NCBI GenBank assembly: GCA_965223545.1
Contig: OZ245006.1
Coordinates: forward strand, 1,280,001 to 1,344,000
Origin: Planctomycetota bacterium
GTDB taxonomy: Bacteria; Planctomycetota; UBA1135; UBA2386
Direction of reading: 5' to 3'
Length of the DNA stretch: 64,000 nucleotides
The notes below the pieces were generated by a model. It was not told where the DNA came from. It did not search any database and worked only from the letters and a program-made list of their open reading frames with translations. Shown here piece after piece: positions 1 to 8,656 of the stretch. Every line of letters starts with the position of its first letter. Positions within the stretch are counted from its first letter, which is position 1. Both the position numbers and the translations under genes were made by a program.

Positions 1-1179
1 CGCCGGGTGATGGACATGAACGACCGCGCGCTGCGCAACACGATCGTCGGCCTCGGCGGACCGATGCAGGGTGTGCCGCGCGAGACCGGCTTCGACATCA
101 CGGCCGCCTCCGAGGTGATGGCGATGCTGTGCCTGGCCGAGAACGAGAACGACCTGCGCGCCCGGATCGACCGCCTGCTGGTCGGCTTCGGCTACGAGGG
201 CGAGCCGATCACCGCCGAGCGGCTGTCGGCGTCGGGGGCGATGCTCGCGCTGTTGCGCGACGCACTGTGGCCCAACATGGTGCAGACGCTCGAGGGAACG
301 CCGGCGTTCATCCACGGCGGGCCCTTCGCCAACATCGCGCACGGTTGCAACAGCGTGATCGCCACCAAGATGGCGATGCACCTGGGCGACTACGCGGTGA
401 CCGAGGCCGGCTTCGGCTTCGATCTCGGCGCCGAGAAGTTCTTCGACATCAAGTGCCGCAAGGCGGGCCTACAGACCTCTGCGGTGGTACTCGTCGCGAC
501 CGTGCGCGCCCTCAAACTGCACGGCGGTGCGGAGTTGCGCACGCTGTCGCGCCCCGACCCGGAGCGCACGCGGGCAGGTCTGCCCAACCTGGACAAGCAC
601 ATCGAGAGCATCCGCCAGTTCGGCGGCCGCCCGGTGGTCGCCCTCAACCGCTTCGCCGACGACACCGACGACGAGATCGCGGTCGTGCGTGCGCGGTGCG
701 AGGAGCTCGGCGTGTCGTTCGCGGTTTCCGACCATCACGCGCGGGGCGGCGAGGGTGCCGAAGAGCTCGCCCGGGCAGTCGTCGAGAAGGCCGAGCACGG
801 CGCCGGCAAGTTCCAGCCGCTCTACGAGCTCGAGATGTCCGTGCCCGACAAGATCCTCGCGGTGGCGAAGTCGATGTACGGCGCGCGCGGAGTGACGTTC
901 ACCAAAGAAGCCAAGCGAGACCTCGCCGACATCGAGCGCCTCGGCTTCGCCAACCTGCCGGTGTGCATCGCCAAGACGCCGGCCTCGCTCTCCGACGACC
1001 CCAAGCTGCACGGCCGGCCGCAGGACTTCGAGGTCACCGTGCGCAACATCCAGATCAACGCGGGCGCCGGCTTCCTGGTGGTGCTGACCGGCACCATCCT
1101 GCGCATGCCCGGCCTACCGCGGAAGCCGCTCGCCGAGCAGATCGATCTGCGCAACGGCGAGATCTCGGGGATGGCGTAG
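1..1179 (+). CDS. fhs: Formate--tetrahydrofolate ligase (5' end lies before the window)
   Basis: Motifs GFDITAASEVMA, HGGPFANIAHGCNS, VTEAGFGFDLGAEKFFDIKCR and ILRMPGLP; frame is open from base 1. Confidence 0.97.
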   Translation, partial: RRVMDMNDRALRNTIVGLGGPMQGVPRETGFDITAASEVMAMLCLAENENDLRARIDRLLVGFGYEGEPITAERLSASGAMLALLRDALWPNMVQTLEGTPAFIHGGPFANIAHGCNSVIATKMAMHLGDYAVTEAGFGFDLGAEKFFDIKCRKAGLQTSAVVLVATVRALKLHGGAELRTLSRPDPERTRAGLPNLDKHIESIRQFGGRPVVALNRFADDTDDEIAVVRARCEELGVSFAVSDHHARGGEGAEELARAVVEKAEHGAGKFQPLYELEMSVPDKILAVAKSMYGARGVTFTKEAKRDLADIERLGFANLPVCIAKTPASLSDDPKLHGRPQDFEVTVRNIQINAGAGFLVVLTGTILRMPGLPRKPLAEQIDLRNGEISGMA

Positions 1180-1205
1180 CCGGCCGACTGCAGCGGTCAC
1201 GGACT

Positions 1206-1496
1206 TCAGCGATCGACGTCGAGGACCGCGATCAGGTCCATCATCTGCTCGATCTGCGCCTGGCTGCCCCTGACCAACACGCTGTTGGTCGCGGCGTCCG
1301 CGGCCACGCGCGCGCCAGGCTTCGACTCGATGAGGCGGTTCACCGTGCTGGCCACCGCATCCGCTGCGGCGTACTCGAGCCGGATGACACGCGCCTGCTC
1401 CGTGGTATCGGGCGCGGGAGACTGGCGCAGCTCGCCGCCGGTGCTGCACGCAGCGGCAGCGAACGCTGCGACAAGGACGAGGCGTGGAGTTCGCAT
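1206..1496 (-). CDS. Small lipoprotein made of a single secretin N-terminal (NolW/N3-like) domain, 96 aa
   Basis: Lipobox-like signal MRTPRLVLVAAFAAAAC, then VIRLEYAAADAVA...VAADAATNSVLVRGSQAQIEQMMDLIAVLD, typical of Secretin_N repeats. Confidence 0.75.
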   Translation of the reverse strand: MRTPRLVLVAAFAAAACSTGGELRQSPAPDTTEQARVIRLEYAAADAVASTVNRLIESKPGARVAADAATNSVLVRGSQAQIEQMMDLIAVLDVDR

Positions 1497-1661
1497 ACCA
1501 TAGAGACGTCCCGGCAACCCGCTCCTTGCGCCGGCCCGGCGAAAGAACCCAATCCTCCGGCGGCCGCCGGCAGTTTTGCGGATTTTGTCGACCATCGCGC
1601 GCGGTGAAGACCCCTCCCGACCGACACCCGCCGCATATCCGCGGCTTCTAAGGAGACACCC

Positions 1662-3494
1662 TTGCATTCATCCGTCCTTCACACCGGACTCGTTCTCGCC
1701 GTGCTCTCGTCCAGCGCGACGGCCCAGTACCTCGCCACCCCTCAGCACATCGCGCGAGACCTCCCCCTGGACAAAGCCGGCCCCGCCGCCAGCCCGCAGG
1801 CCGGCGACTTCAACGGCGACGTGATCCCGGACCTCGCCTACGTCGACGAGGGGACCGGCACGTTCGTCGTCGTCTGGAGCACCACGGGCATCGCGCAGTA
1901 CACCAACTCGGCCGACTCCGGCATCCTCGGCGTCTCGGCGATCGCGGCCCTCGACGTCGCCACGGGCGCCGACGGGCTGATCGCGGTCGGTCCCGGCGGC
2001 GCGCGGTTGGTGGCCTACGACGAAACCTCGCAGAGCTTTGTCACCAACAGCATCCCGAGCTGGAGCGGAGTCCGGCAGGTCGTCGCCGAGGAACACTCGG
2101 GAGGCCATTTCATCGCCGGCCTCAACGACGCAGGCGACGAGGTCCGCGCCGGCGTTTGGTCACCGGCGACGGGGTTCACGGCACTTGCCACGATCGCCAC
2201 GTCCGGTGCCCTCGACGTCGCCATCGCCGACTGGGAAGACTTCGACAGCGCGGTCGACCCCGAGATCATCGTCCGCACCCAGAACGAGTTGCTCGTCCAC
2301 GATCCGATCACCGGCGTGCTGCGCCACACCGAGTCGAAGCCGAGCACGGTCGCCAACGGCAGCGTGACGAGAGTCGAAGCCGGAGGCGCCGACCAGATCG
2401 CGTGGGTGCGCTGGAACGCCACCAAGTGGCGGCTCCACCTGTTCGCGGACGGCAACCAACTGCAGGCCTTCAACCTCGACCTACAGCCGCTGACCTTGCC
2501 GGCGTCGAACCTGGTCAACCTGTCGGCGGGCGACTACGACGGCGACGGCTTCGAAGACCTCTTGTTCTACGAAACGACGACGCAGTACCTGGTCGTCTTC
2601 CACCACCAAGCCAGCCCTCCCGGCTACATGCTCGAGGAGTACTATCTGGTCGACGACGGCACCCCCGATCCGGTCACCGATACCGCGCACGCCCTGTTCG
2701 CCGACATCAACAACGACTGGAACGAAGAGAACGCCGGTCAGCTGCTACTGCAGCTCGCCGATCTGATCGTTGTTCAGGAGTCGCAGGGGGGCGCAACGGG
2801 CGGAATCTCAATGCACGTCGACCTGGACAACACGTTCAAGGACGCGCACTTACTCGACCAGCCCACGGAACCCCCACCGCCTCCGTTCTTGATTCCGGTC
2901 GAGGACTATCCGCCGGAGTACACGCTGGGTTCGACCCAGTACGTCGGCACGAACTCGAACCTCGAGATCGGCCTCGAAGCGCCGCATTGGGCGACGCACA
3001 TCCAGGTGACCGCGTGGCGCTACGATTCGCCATGCTGCGAGAGCGGTGGCTCCACCTGCCCCGTCGTCGACATGGAGCTGGAGTGCAACAAGCTGACCGT
3101 GGTGGACCCCAGCATGGTGACGACCACGGTGGCGACCACGGTTACCCAACAGAACGCCAATGCGGCCGGGCAGTCCTGGTCCACGGACGAGCTGCACTAT
3201 CTGCAGGTCCGGTTTCTCGAGCTCGACGCGGCACTGGAGATCGTGCGCAGCACCGAGGTCTATCTGTACGCGGTGATCGCCGACGAGACGCTGAGCTCGT
3301 CTGCCAACTACTGGAGCGGCCTCGACTGCATCGCGCCGCCCGGGGCAGAGGAGGACAGCGTCGGTCAGGAGGGCGTGACCACTGGTGGAAGGATCATCGG
3401 CGCCATCAAGCTGCGCGACATCAAGGGCAAAGAAACCTTCCCGAACACACCGCAGCCGGTCCCCAACCAGGTCGGCACCTGCGTTTCGTCCTGA
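1662..3494 (+). CDS. Secreted FG-GAP/VCBS-repeat (beta-propeller) protein with a Cys-containing C-terminal domain, 610 aa
   Basis: Signal peptide ending ATA-Q; repeats GDFNGDVIPDL, ADWED, GDYDGDGFEDL, ADINND. Confidence 0.8.
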   Translation: MHSSVLHTGLVLAVLSSSATAQYLATPQHIARDLPLDKAGPAASPQAGDFNGDVIPDLAYVDEGTGTFVVVWSTTGIAQYTNSADSGILGVSAIAALDVATGADGLIAVGPGGARLVAYDETSQSFVTNSIPSWSGVRQVVAEEHSGGHFIAGLNDAGDEVRAGVWSPATGFTALATIATSGALDVAIADWEDFDSAVDPEIIVRTQNELLVHDPITGVLRHTESKPSTVANGSVTRVEAGGADQIAWVRWNATKWRLHLFADGNQLQAFNLDLQPLTLPASNLVNLSAGDYDGDGFEDLLFYETTTQYLVVFHHQASPPGYMLEEYYLVDDGTPDPVTDTAHALFADINNDWNEENAGQLLLQLADLIVVQESQGGATGGISMHVDLDNTFKDAHLLDQPTEPPPPPFLIPVEDYPPEYTLGSTQYVGTNSNLEIGLEAPHWATHIQVTAWRYDSPCCESGGSTCPVVDMELECNKLTVVDPSMVTTTVATTVTQQNANAAGQSWSTDELHYLQVRFLELDAALEIVRSTEVYLYAVIADETLSSSANYWSGLDCIAPPGAEEDSVGQEGVTTGGRIIGAIKLRDIKGKETFPNTPQPVPNQVGTCVSS

Positions 3495-3503
3495 CCGGAC
3501 CGC

Positions 3504-5960
3504 TCACGGCAGGGGTCGATCGCCGCGCCCGTAGACGATCGTCTGCGCGCGCACGAAGCGCGTGGTCCAACCGGCGCCGGCGAGGTCCCGCCGCGCCCGC
3601 TGCACGGCCTCCGCCGGACTGAGCCGCTGCTGCAGTCCACGGTGGACGCGCTCGGCGAACTCGACCTCCTCGCCGAGCTCGACCTCGGCGACCGAGACGA
3701 CGACCGTGTGCGCGCCGGCGCGGAACAGGGCGCCGCCCAGCGTCGTGGCCAACGGACTGTCGCCCGGCCGGCGGTAACCGCTCCCAGCCTTGCAGGAGGA
3801 CAGCAAACACAAGCCAGGGACCTGCATGCCGGCGATGGTCTCGAAGTCGACCACCGCATCGGCCAGCGCCAGGGCGGCGCCCAGCTCGCGCCCGTCGTGG
3901 ACATGATGCGCAACGAGATGGAACACACTGGCACTCGTGCCGGACAGCGAGGCGAGCGCCGCGGCCGTCGCCTCGGAATCGAACAGCAGCTGCGCCTCGG
4001 AACCGACCGCCGCGCTGAAGCGGGCACGCAACCTCGCCGGAAAGGGGATCGGCTCCAGCCCCGCGCGGGCCGCGCCTTCGGCGTGCGTATCCGTGCACGC
4101 CACGACGACCGCCGAGTACGCGGGCTCGAGCTCACCGCTGCCCTCCAAGGCCAACCGCAACGGCAGCGAGCCGATCTCGACGATCGGCAGCCGCTCGCCG
4201 AGCAGGGCGTCGCCCTCGCCATCGGCCGCCGGCACGACCAGGGTTGAGAACGGCACTCCCAGCAAGTCGCCGGCGACCACGGTCGCCCCGCTCCAGGACA
4301 GCACGCGCGCCGCCAGGCCAGCGGACGACGGCAGAATCTCGGCCGACAGGGCCCGAGCGCTCTCGACGAGCGCGTTCTCGTGAACAGGGTCGGCGCTCAC
4401 GCGCGGGTCTCTCGCCAAACGCCGGTCCAGCTTCACCGCGAGGCTGCGCACGTCGGCTCCGCGGGGCAGCCGCACGCACTCGGTGCCGGCCTCGTCGAGC
4501 ACGAACAGGTAGGATCCATACGGGCCCGGAACAAACACCAAGACCCCCGCCCCATCGCGGACCAACACTCGGCGCACGTCCGCGACCGAGCACTGCGGCG
4601 CGCCGCGGGCCAACGCGAGGCTGTTGCAGCGCTGGACCTCCAACACCGCTTGCAGAGCGCGTTCGACTCCCTGGTCCGCATCCAACGCAAGGGCCAACTC
4701 GATGCGCTCGGAGACGATGTAGCGCCGGTCATCGAACCGCAAGAAGCCCAACCCCCCAGGCCGCTCACCCTGCGCGGCCCAGCTGCGGAGCATCTCCGAC
4801 AGCGTCGCGGCCACGCGATCGCGATGATCACGCAGCTCGGCATCAGATTCGCCCTGAAGCCGCGCCAGCCGGCTGCGCAGCGCTGGCCAGTGCGGGCTCT
4901 CGGCTCCCTGACCGGCCGCGAGCGCGCGCCGATACTCTTCGCTCTGCCGCCGGGACTCTTCGAGGTCGCCACACTCGAGCGCCAGCTTCATGAGCTTCAG
5001 GTGCCCTTGAATGCGGATCTCCGGGATCAAGTGCGAGTTTTCGAGCCGTTGGCGAAACTCGGCCGCGGCAGCCGCGATCGCCGCGACCCGCTCTGTTGGA
5101 TCTGCGAGTTGGACCGCTTGTAGGTAGCGCGCAAGCGCGAGGTGCATGCGCAGGTAGGCCCGGTGCGCGGGAGACCACTCGACAACCTGGAGCGCTTCTT
5201 CCACTCGGTAGATGACGGCGCGCGCGTGACCGCGCCCCAACTCGAACTCCGCCAATCGCAGCGTGGCGTTCGCCAGCACGCTGGCATCGCCGCTCCGCTG
5301 GGCCAGCTTCCATTCATCGTCGAGGTGCAGTGCGGCCTGATCCGGCACCCCGGTGCGCACGTAGGTCTCCGCGATGATGCCGTGCAGCGATGCCTGGGCG
5401 GCGAGGTCCTCCTTCGTTTTGGCGATCTCGAGCAGCCGCTCCGCCTGCCTTCTCGCCCAGCGGTACTCGCCACGGCGAATGCCGATCTGCGCCAGGATCT
5501 CGCCGCGCAAGAACTCGCCCTGGCGCTCGCCGGGGTTCACCGCCTCGAAGTCGGTCAGCACGCGCGCGGCCAGGTCCAGGAACGCCAAGCGGACCGCAGC
5601 CACCGCCACCGCCAACGTGGCATCGGCCCTGGCTTTGGGGTATGGCCCCGGACCGACGAAGACCGCTCCCGCGCGTGACAGCAGGGCGATGTACTCCTCC
5701 TCGCGCCCCGCGGCACTCTCTCCCGCGATCGCCTCGACGGCGTTCGTGAGGCCGTTGAGCGCTCGACCGGCAGTCGGCGCCGCCTCGGCGGCAATGACGG
5801 CGCGGCGCAGTGACTCCAACCGGTCGACAGCTGCAGTCGGGGTCGGAGCTGGAGTTGGGTCCTGGATCGCGTCCGCGCGCTCGTCACCCGCCTCGCGGCT
5901 CGCAAGCCAGAGCCCAGCGCCAGCGGCCGCCAGCACCAGCAGCAAACGGCTGCCGATCAC
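3504..5960 (-). CDS. Membrane-anchored TPR-CHAT (caspase-like) protease
   Basis: GTG start overlaps the upstream TGA (GTGA). N-terminal hydrophobic helix, helical TPR-like region, and C-terminal CHAT motifs VFHLVAH, LCLLSSC, LFRAGAHTVV and SPAEAVQRARR. Confidence 0.8.
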   Translation of the reverse strand: MIGSRLLLVLAAAGAGLWLASREAGDERADAIQDPTPAPTPTAAVDRLESLRRAVIAAEAAPTAGRALNGLTNAVEAIAGESAAGREEEYIALLSRAGAVFVGPGPYPKARADATLAVAVAAVRLAFLDLAARVLTDFEAVNPGERQGEFLRGEILAQIGIRRGEYRWARRQAERLLEIAKTKEDLAAQASLHGIIAETYVRTGVPDQAALHLDDEWKLAQRSGDASVLANATLRLAEFELGRGHARAVIYRVEEALQVVEWSPAHRAYLRMHLALARYLQAVQLADPTERVAAIAAAAAEFRQRLENSHLIPEIRIQGHLKLMKLALECGDLEESRRQSEEYRRALAAGQGAESPHWPALRSRLARLQGESDAELRDHRDRVAATLSEMLRSWAAQGERPGGLGFLRFDDRRYIVSERIELALALDADQGVERALQAVLEVQRCNSLALARGAPQCSVADVRRVLVRDGAGVLVFVPGPYGSYLFVLDEAGTECVRLPRGADVRSLAVKLDRRLARDPRVSADPVHENALVESARALSAEILPSSAGLAARVLSWSGATVVAGDLLGVPFSTLVVPAADGEGDALLGERLPIVEIGSLPLRLALEGSGELEPAYSAVVVACTDTHAEGAARAGLEPIPFPARLRARFSAAVGSEAQLLFDSEATAAALASLSGTSASVFHLVAHHVHDGRELGAALALADAVVDFETIAGMQVPGLCLLSSCKAGSGYRRPGDSPLATTLGGALFRAGAHTVVVSVAEVELGEEVEFAERVHRGLQQRLSPAEAVQRARRDLAGAGWTTRFVRAQTIVYGRGDRPLP

Positions 5961-6667
5961 TCCCGCCGCCGCGCCCGCGCGATTCCGAGAATCTGCGGAG
6001 CGCCGGTCGCGTCCGGCTTGACGACGGCCCATACCAAATCGACCGGCAGACTCTCCACCAACTCGCTGCTGTCCCATGTGCGCGCGTGCCCCACGGTCTC
6101 GATGTGAACCGGCGTGAGCTCGGACAGCGCGACTGGCTCGACCGGCTCCCCGCCGAGATCCTCCCCATCATAGAGATACAGCTCGATCGTGTCGGTGACC
6201 GCCAGGCCATCGACGCGCCACTCGAAGACTGGAGCGGCGGCGTACGAGCCGTGCGGACGCATCGAGTCCGTGACGTCAGCCGACACTCCCCCCAAGTAGA
6301 TCCGCGGATCCGCGGGGGCAGCAGCGGACGGCCACGCCCACCACACCAGCGCCGCGACGACCACTGCCGCAGCTCCCACCTTGGCCAACGCCGCTCCACT
6401 CCAGCGCAAACGCGCGGCGCGCGCGCGCGCGCGCGCCGCCGCTGCCTCGAGGTCGAACCCGCGCGCCGCGAGCGCGCGCTCGACCGACCGGTGCTCGCCT
6501 TCCGCGACGCGGTCCAGCCGACCCTGCATTGTCCGCAACCGCTCCAGCCGCGCACCGAACTCCGGCGCACTGCGCAGCGCGTCGCGCACGCTGGGGTCGT
6601 CCTCGCTGAGATCACCCGCCAGAATCGCTGCCAGCATCGTCTCCAACTCCTCGGATCGCTCGCTCAT
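5957..6667 (-). CDS. Putative single-pass anti-sigma factor
   Basis: ATG overlaps the sigma-factor stop (ATGA); helical N-terminus, one TM ([16 protein letters not shown]), beta-rich C-terminal domain. Confidence 0.65.
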   Translation of the reverse strand: MSERSEELETMLAAILAGDLSEDDPSVRDALRSAPEFGARLERLRTMQGRLDRVAEGEHRSVERALAARGFDLEAAAARARARAARLRWSGAALAKVGAAAVVVAALVWWAWPSAAAPADPRIYLGGVSADVTDSMRPHGSYAAAPVFEWRVDGLAVTDTIELYLYDGEDLGGEPVEPVALSELTPVHIETVGHARTWDSSELVESLPVDLVWAVVKPDATGAPQILGIARARRRE

Positions 6668-7284
6668 GCGCACTCGCCTCCCGCCTGCGACTCGCGCTCC
6701 TCCAACAGGGACTCCAAGCGCGCGATGCCCTTGTAGTAGCGCGCCTTCAGGGTGCTCACCGGGACCTCCAACCGTGCGCCCATCTCCTCGAAGGTCAAGC
6801 CCTCGAAGTGCTTCAGCACCACCGCTTCGGCCTCGACCCCGCCGACCTTGGCGAGGGCCTGCATGACCCGGTCGCGCTCCGCGATCCCATCGTCCCGAGC
6901 GCTGGACACCTCGCTCCCCTCGCGCACCTCGAGCTGGCGCGGCGCACGCCGCGCGCGGCGCACGCCGTTCATCAGCTCCAGTCGACAGATGCGGTAGATC
7001 CAGCTGTCGGCCGGCGCGCGCCCCTCGTACTCGGAGAGCTTCTGCAAGATGATCACCACCGTGTCCTGAGCCAAGTCGGCGAGATCGTGCTCGGAGAGCG
7101 GCCGGCCCAGCCGGGCGTTCTGCGCCCCGAGCATCCTCGGCACACGTTTCAGCAGGTCCGCGAAGTCCCGGATGGCATCTTCCTTTCCGTCGAGCACCCC
7201 GCGGATCGTGGCCAGATCGCTGGCGCACCGCGAATCGGCGGGGACGGGGATGCAGGCGTCGGAGGGTTGCGGGCGAGTCGACAA
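6664..7284 (-). CDS. ECF-type sigma-70 factor (start uncertain)
   Basis: Region 2 [30 protein letters not shown]; region 4 [30 protein letters not shown]. Confidence 0.88.
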   Translation of the reverse strand: MSTRPQPSDACIPVPADSRCASDLATIRGVLDGKEDAIRDFADLLKRVPRMLGAQNARLGRPLSEHDLADLAQDTVVIILQKLSEYEGRAPADSWIYRICRLELMNGVRRARRAPRQLEVREGSEVSSARDDGIAERDRVMQALAKVGGVEAEAVVLKHFEGLTFEEMGARLEVPVSTLKARYYKGIARLESLLEERESQAGGECA

Positions 7285-7455
7285 AAACCGCAGAAAGGGC
7301 TGTGGCGCGGCGGGCGGATCCCGATCCCGCGCCGGACCGATGAGGACCCATCCCATTCTGCCCGCAACGCGCGGCCGCAACACCCGGTGTCCCCCCGGAG
7401 ACGCGACCCTCGAGCTTTGGTTTCGCCCCGCGACGCCGCTACTGTCGCGGGTTCG

Positions 7456-7926
7456 ATGCAGCGCCCCTTCCGCATCCTCGGCATCCAGCAGGTCGCCGTC
7501 GGCGCCGCCGACAAGGCGGCGCTCCGACGGCTGTGGGTCGACCTGCTCGGCGCCCGGCCCGTCGGTCACTTCCGCAGCGAGCGCGAGAACGTCGACGAGG
7601 ACATCACCGCGGTCGGCCACGGCGCCCACGCGGTCGAGATCGATCTGATGCAACCGATCGTGCCGCAGGCCAAACCGCGCGTGCACGAGCCGCCGCTCAA
7701 CCACATCGGGCTTTGGGTCGACGACCTCGGGGCGGCCGTGGAGTGGCTCGGCCAGCAGGGCGTCCGCTTCGCGCCGGGCGGCATCCGGCCGGGTGCCGCC
7801 GGGCACGACGTCTGCTTCGTGCACCCCAAGGGCAACGCCGACTTCCCGATCGGCGGCGAGGGGGTGCTGATCGAGCTGGTGCAGGCGCCGGACGACGTGA
7901 TCGCCGCCCTGACCGCGACGGACTGA
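7456..7926 (+). CDS. VOC/glyoxalase-family protein (methylmalonyl-CoA epimerase-like)
   Basis: [16 protein letters not shown]...[11 protein letters not shown]...FVHPKG...[10 protein letters not shown]. Confidence 0.85.
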   Translation: MQRPFRILGIQQVAVGAADKAALRRLWVDLLGARPVGHFRSERENVDEDITAVGHGAHAVEIDLMQPIVPQAKPRVHEPPLNHIGLWVDDLGAAVEWLGQQGVRFAPGGIRPGAAGHDVCFVHPKGNADFPIGGEGVLIELVQAPDDVIAALTATD

Positions 7927-8066
7927 TCGCAGCCGCCCTCCCATGGCACCGAGGGCCTGGTGCCGAGGTGCCGACGACCCCATTTCCGTCCCACCGCACA
8001 GGAGAACCGCCGGTGGTAGGCTTGCTCAAACTCCCTCCGTCACCCCCAGAGAGGACCAAAGAGCCA

Positions 8067-8624
8067 ATGCTGCGCCCCCTTGCCACAACCCTGCTCGCCA
8101 GCCTCGCGCTGGCCTCCACCGCCTCCGCCGACCGCTTCTTCGTCGGCACACCCGAGAGCGAAGCCAAGCTCGCTCACGGCGCCAACTACATCGAAGGCGT
8201 GCTGATCCGCACCACCGACGAAGAGTACGTGATCCGCATCCTCAACGGCGAGATCCGGCTGCCCAAGTCGATGGTCTACAAGATCGAGCAGGACGGACTC
8301 ACCGTCGAGCAGCTCGAGAAGCGCGAGGCCGACCGCGCGGCGACCGCCGCCGAGGCCAACGTCCGCCGCGCCGAAGCCCGCGCCGAGGAAGCCGCGCTGC
8401 GCGAGGAAGAGGCCATCGAGCGCGCGCGCGTCGAAGAGGAAGCGCCGAAGACCGAGCTGACCATCGTCGTCGACTTCCAAGGCGCCCTGCCCGGCTACCG
8501 CTTCAAGACCTACGACCCGGTGTTGCACCGCGCCGACTTCAGCGGCCTCCGCGCCGTCATCGAGGACTACCTGCGCCGTCAGGTCGAAAGGGCTGCCCAT
8601 CGCACCCCGAGCCGGCGCTGGTGA
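8067..8624 (+). CDS. Secreted hypothetical protein with a coiled-coil segment
   Basis: Signal peptide ending ASA-D; GC3-biased codons; Glu/Arg/Ala-rich helix. Confidence 0.75.
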   Translation: MLRPLATTLLASLALASTASADRFFVGTPESEAKLAHGANYIEGVLIRTTDEEYVIRILNGEIRLPKSMVYKIEQDGLTVEQLEKREADRAATAAEANVRRAEARAEEAALREEEAIERARVEEEAPKTELTIVVDFQGALPGYRFKTYDPVLHRADFSGLRAVIEDYLRRQVERAAHRTPSRRW

Positions 8625-8625
8625 C

Positions 8626-8648
8626 GGTACGGAGCCTGGCTCCGTACC
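8626..8648. terminator. Perfect 10-bp hairpin between convergent genes (bidirectional terminator or REP-like element)
   Basis: GGTACGGAGC-CTG-GCTCCGTACC lies between the stop at 8624 and the leuS stop at 8657; no U-tract. Confidence 0.55.
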
Positions 8649-8656
8649 TTCACTTG

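Noticed and set aside
6410..6440. (GC)n dinucleotide run as a phase-variable tract
   Set aside because: It encodes ARARARA in an intact frame and is unremarkable at this GC content.
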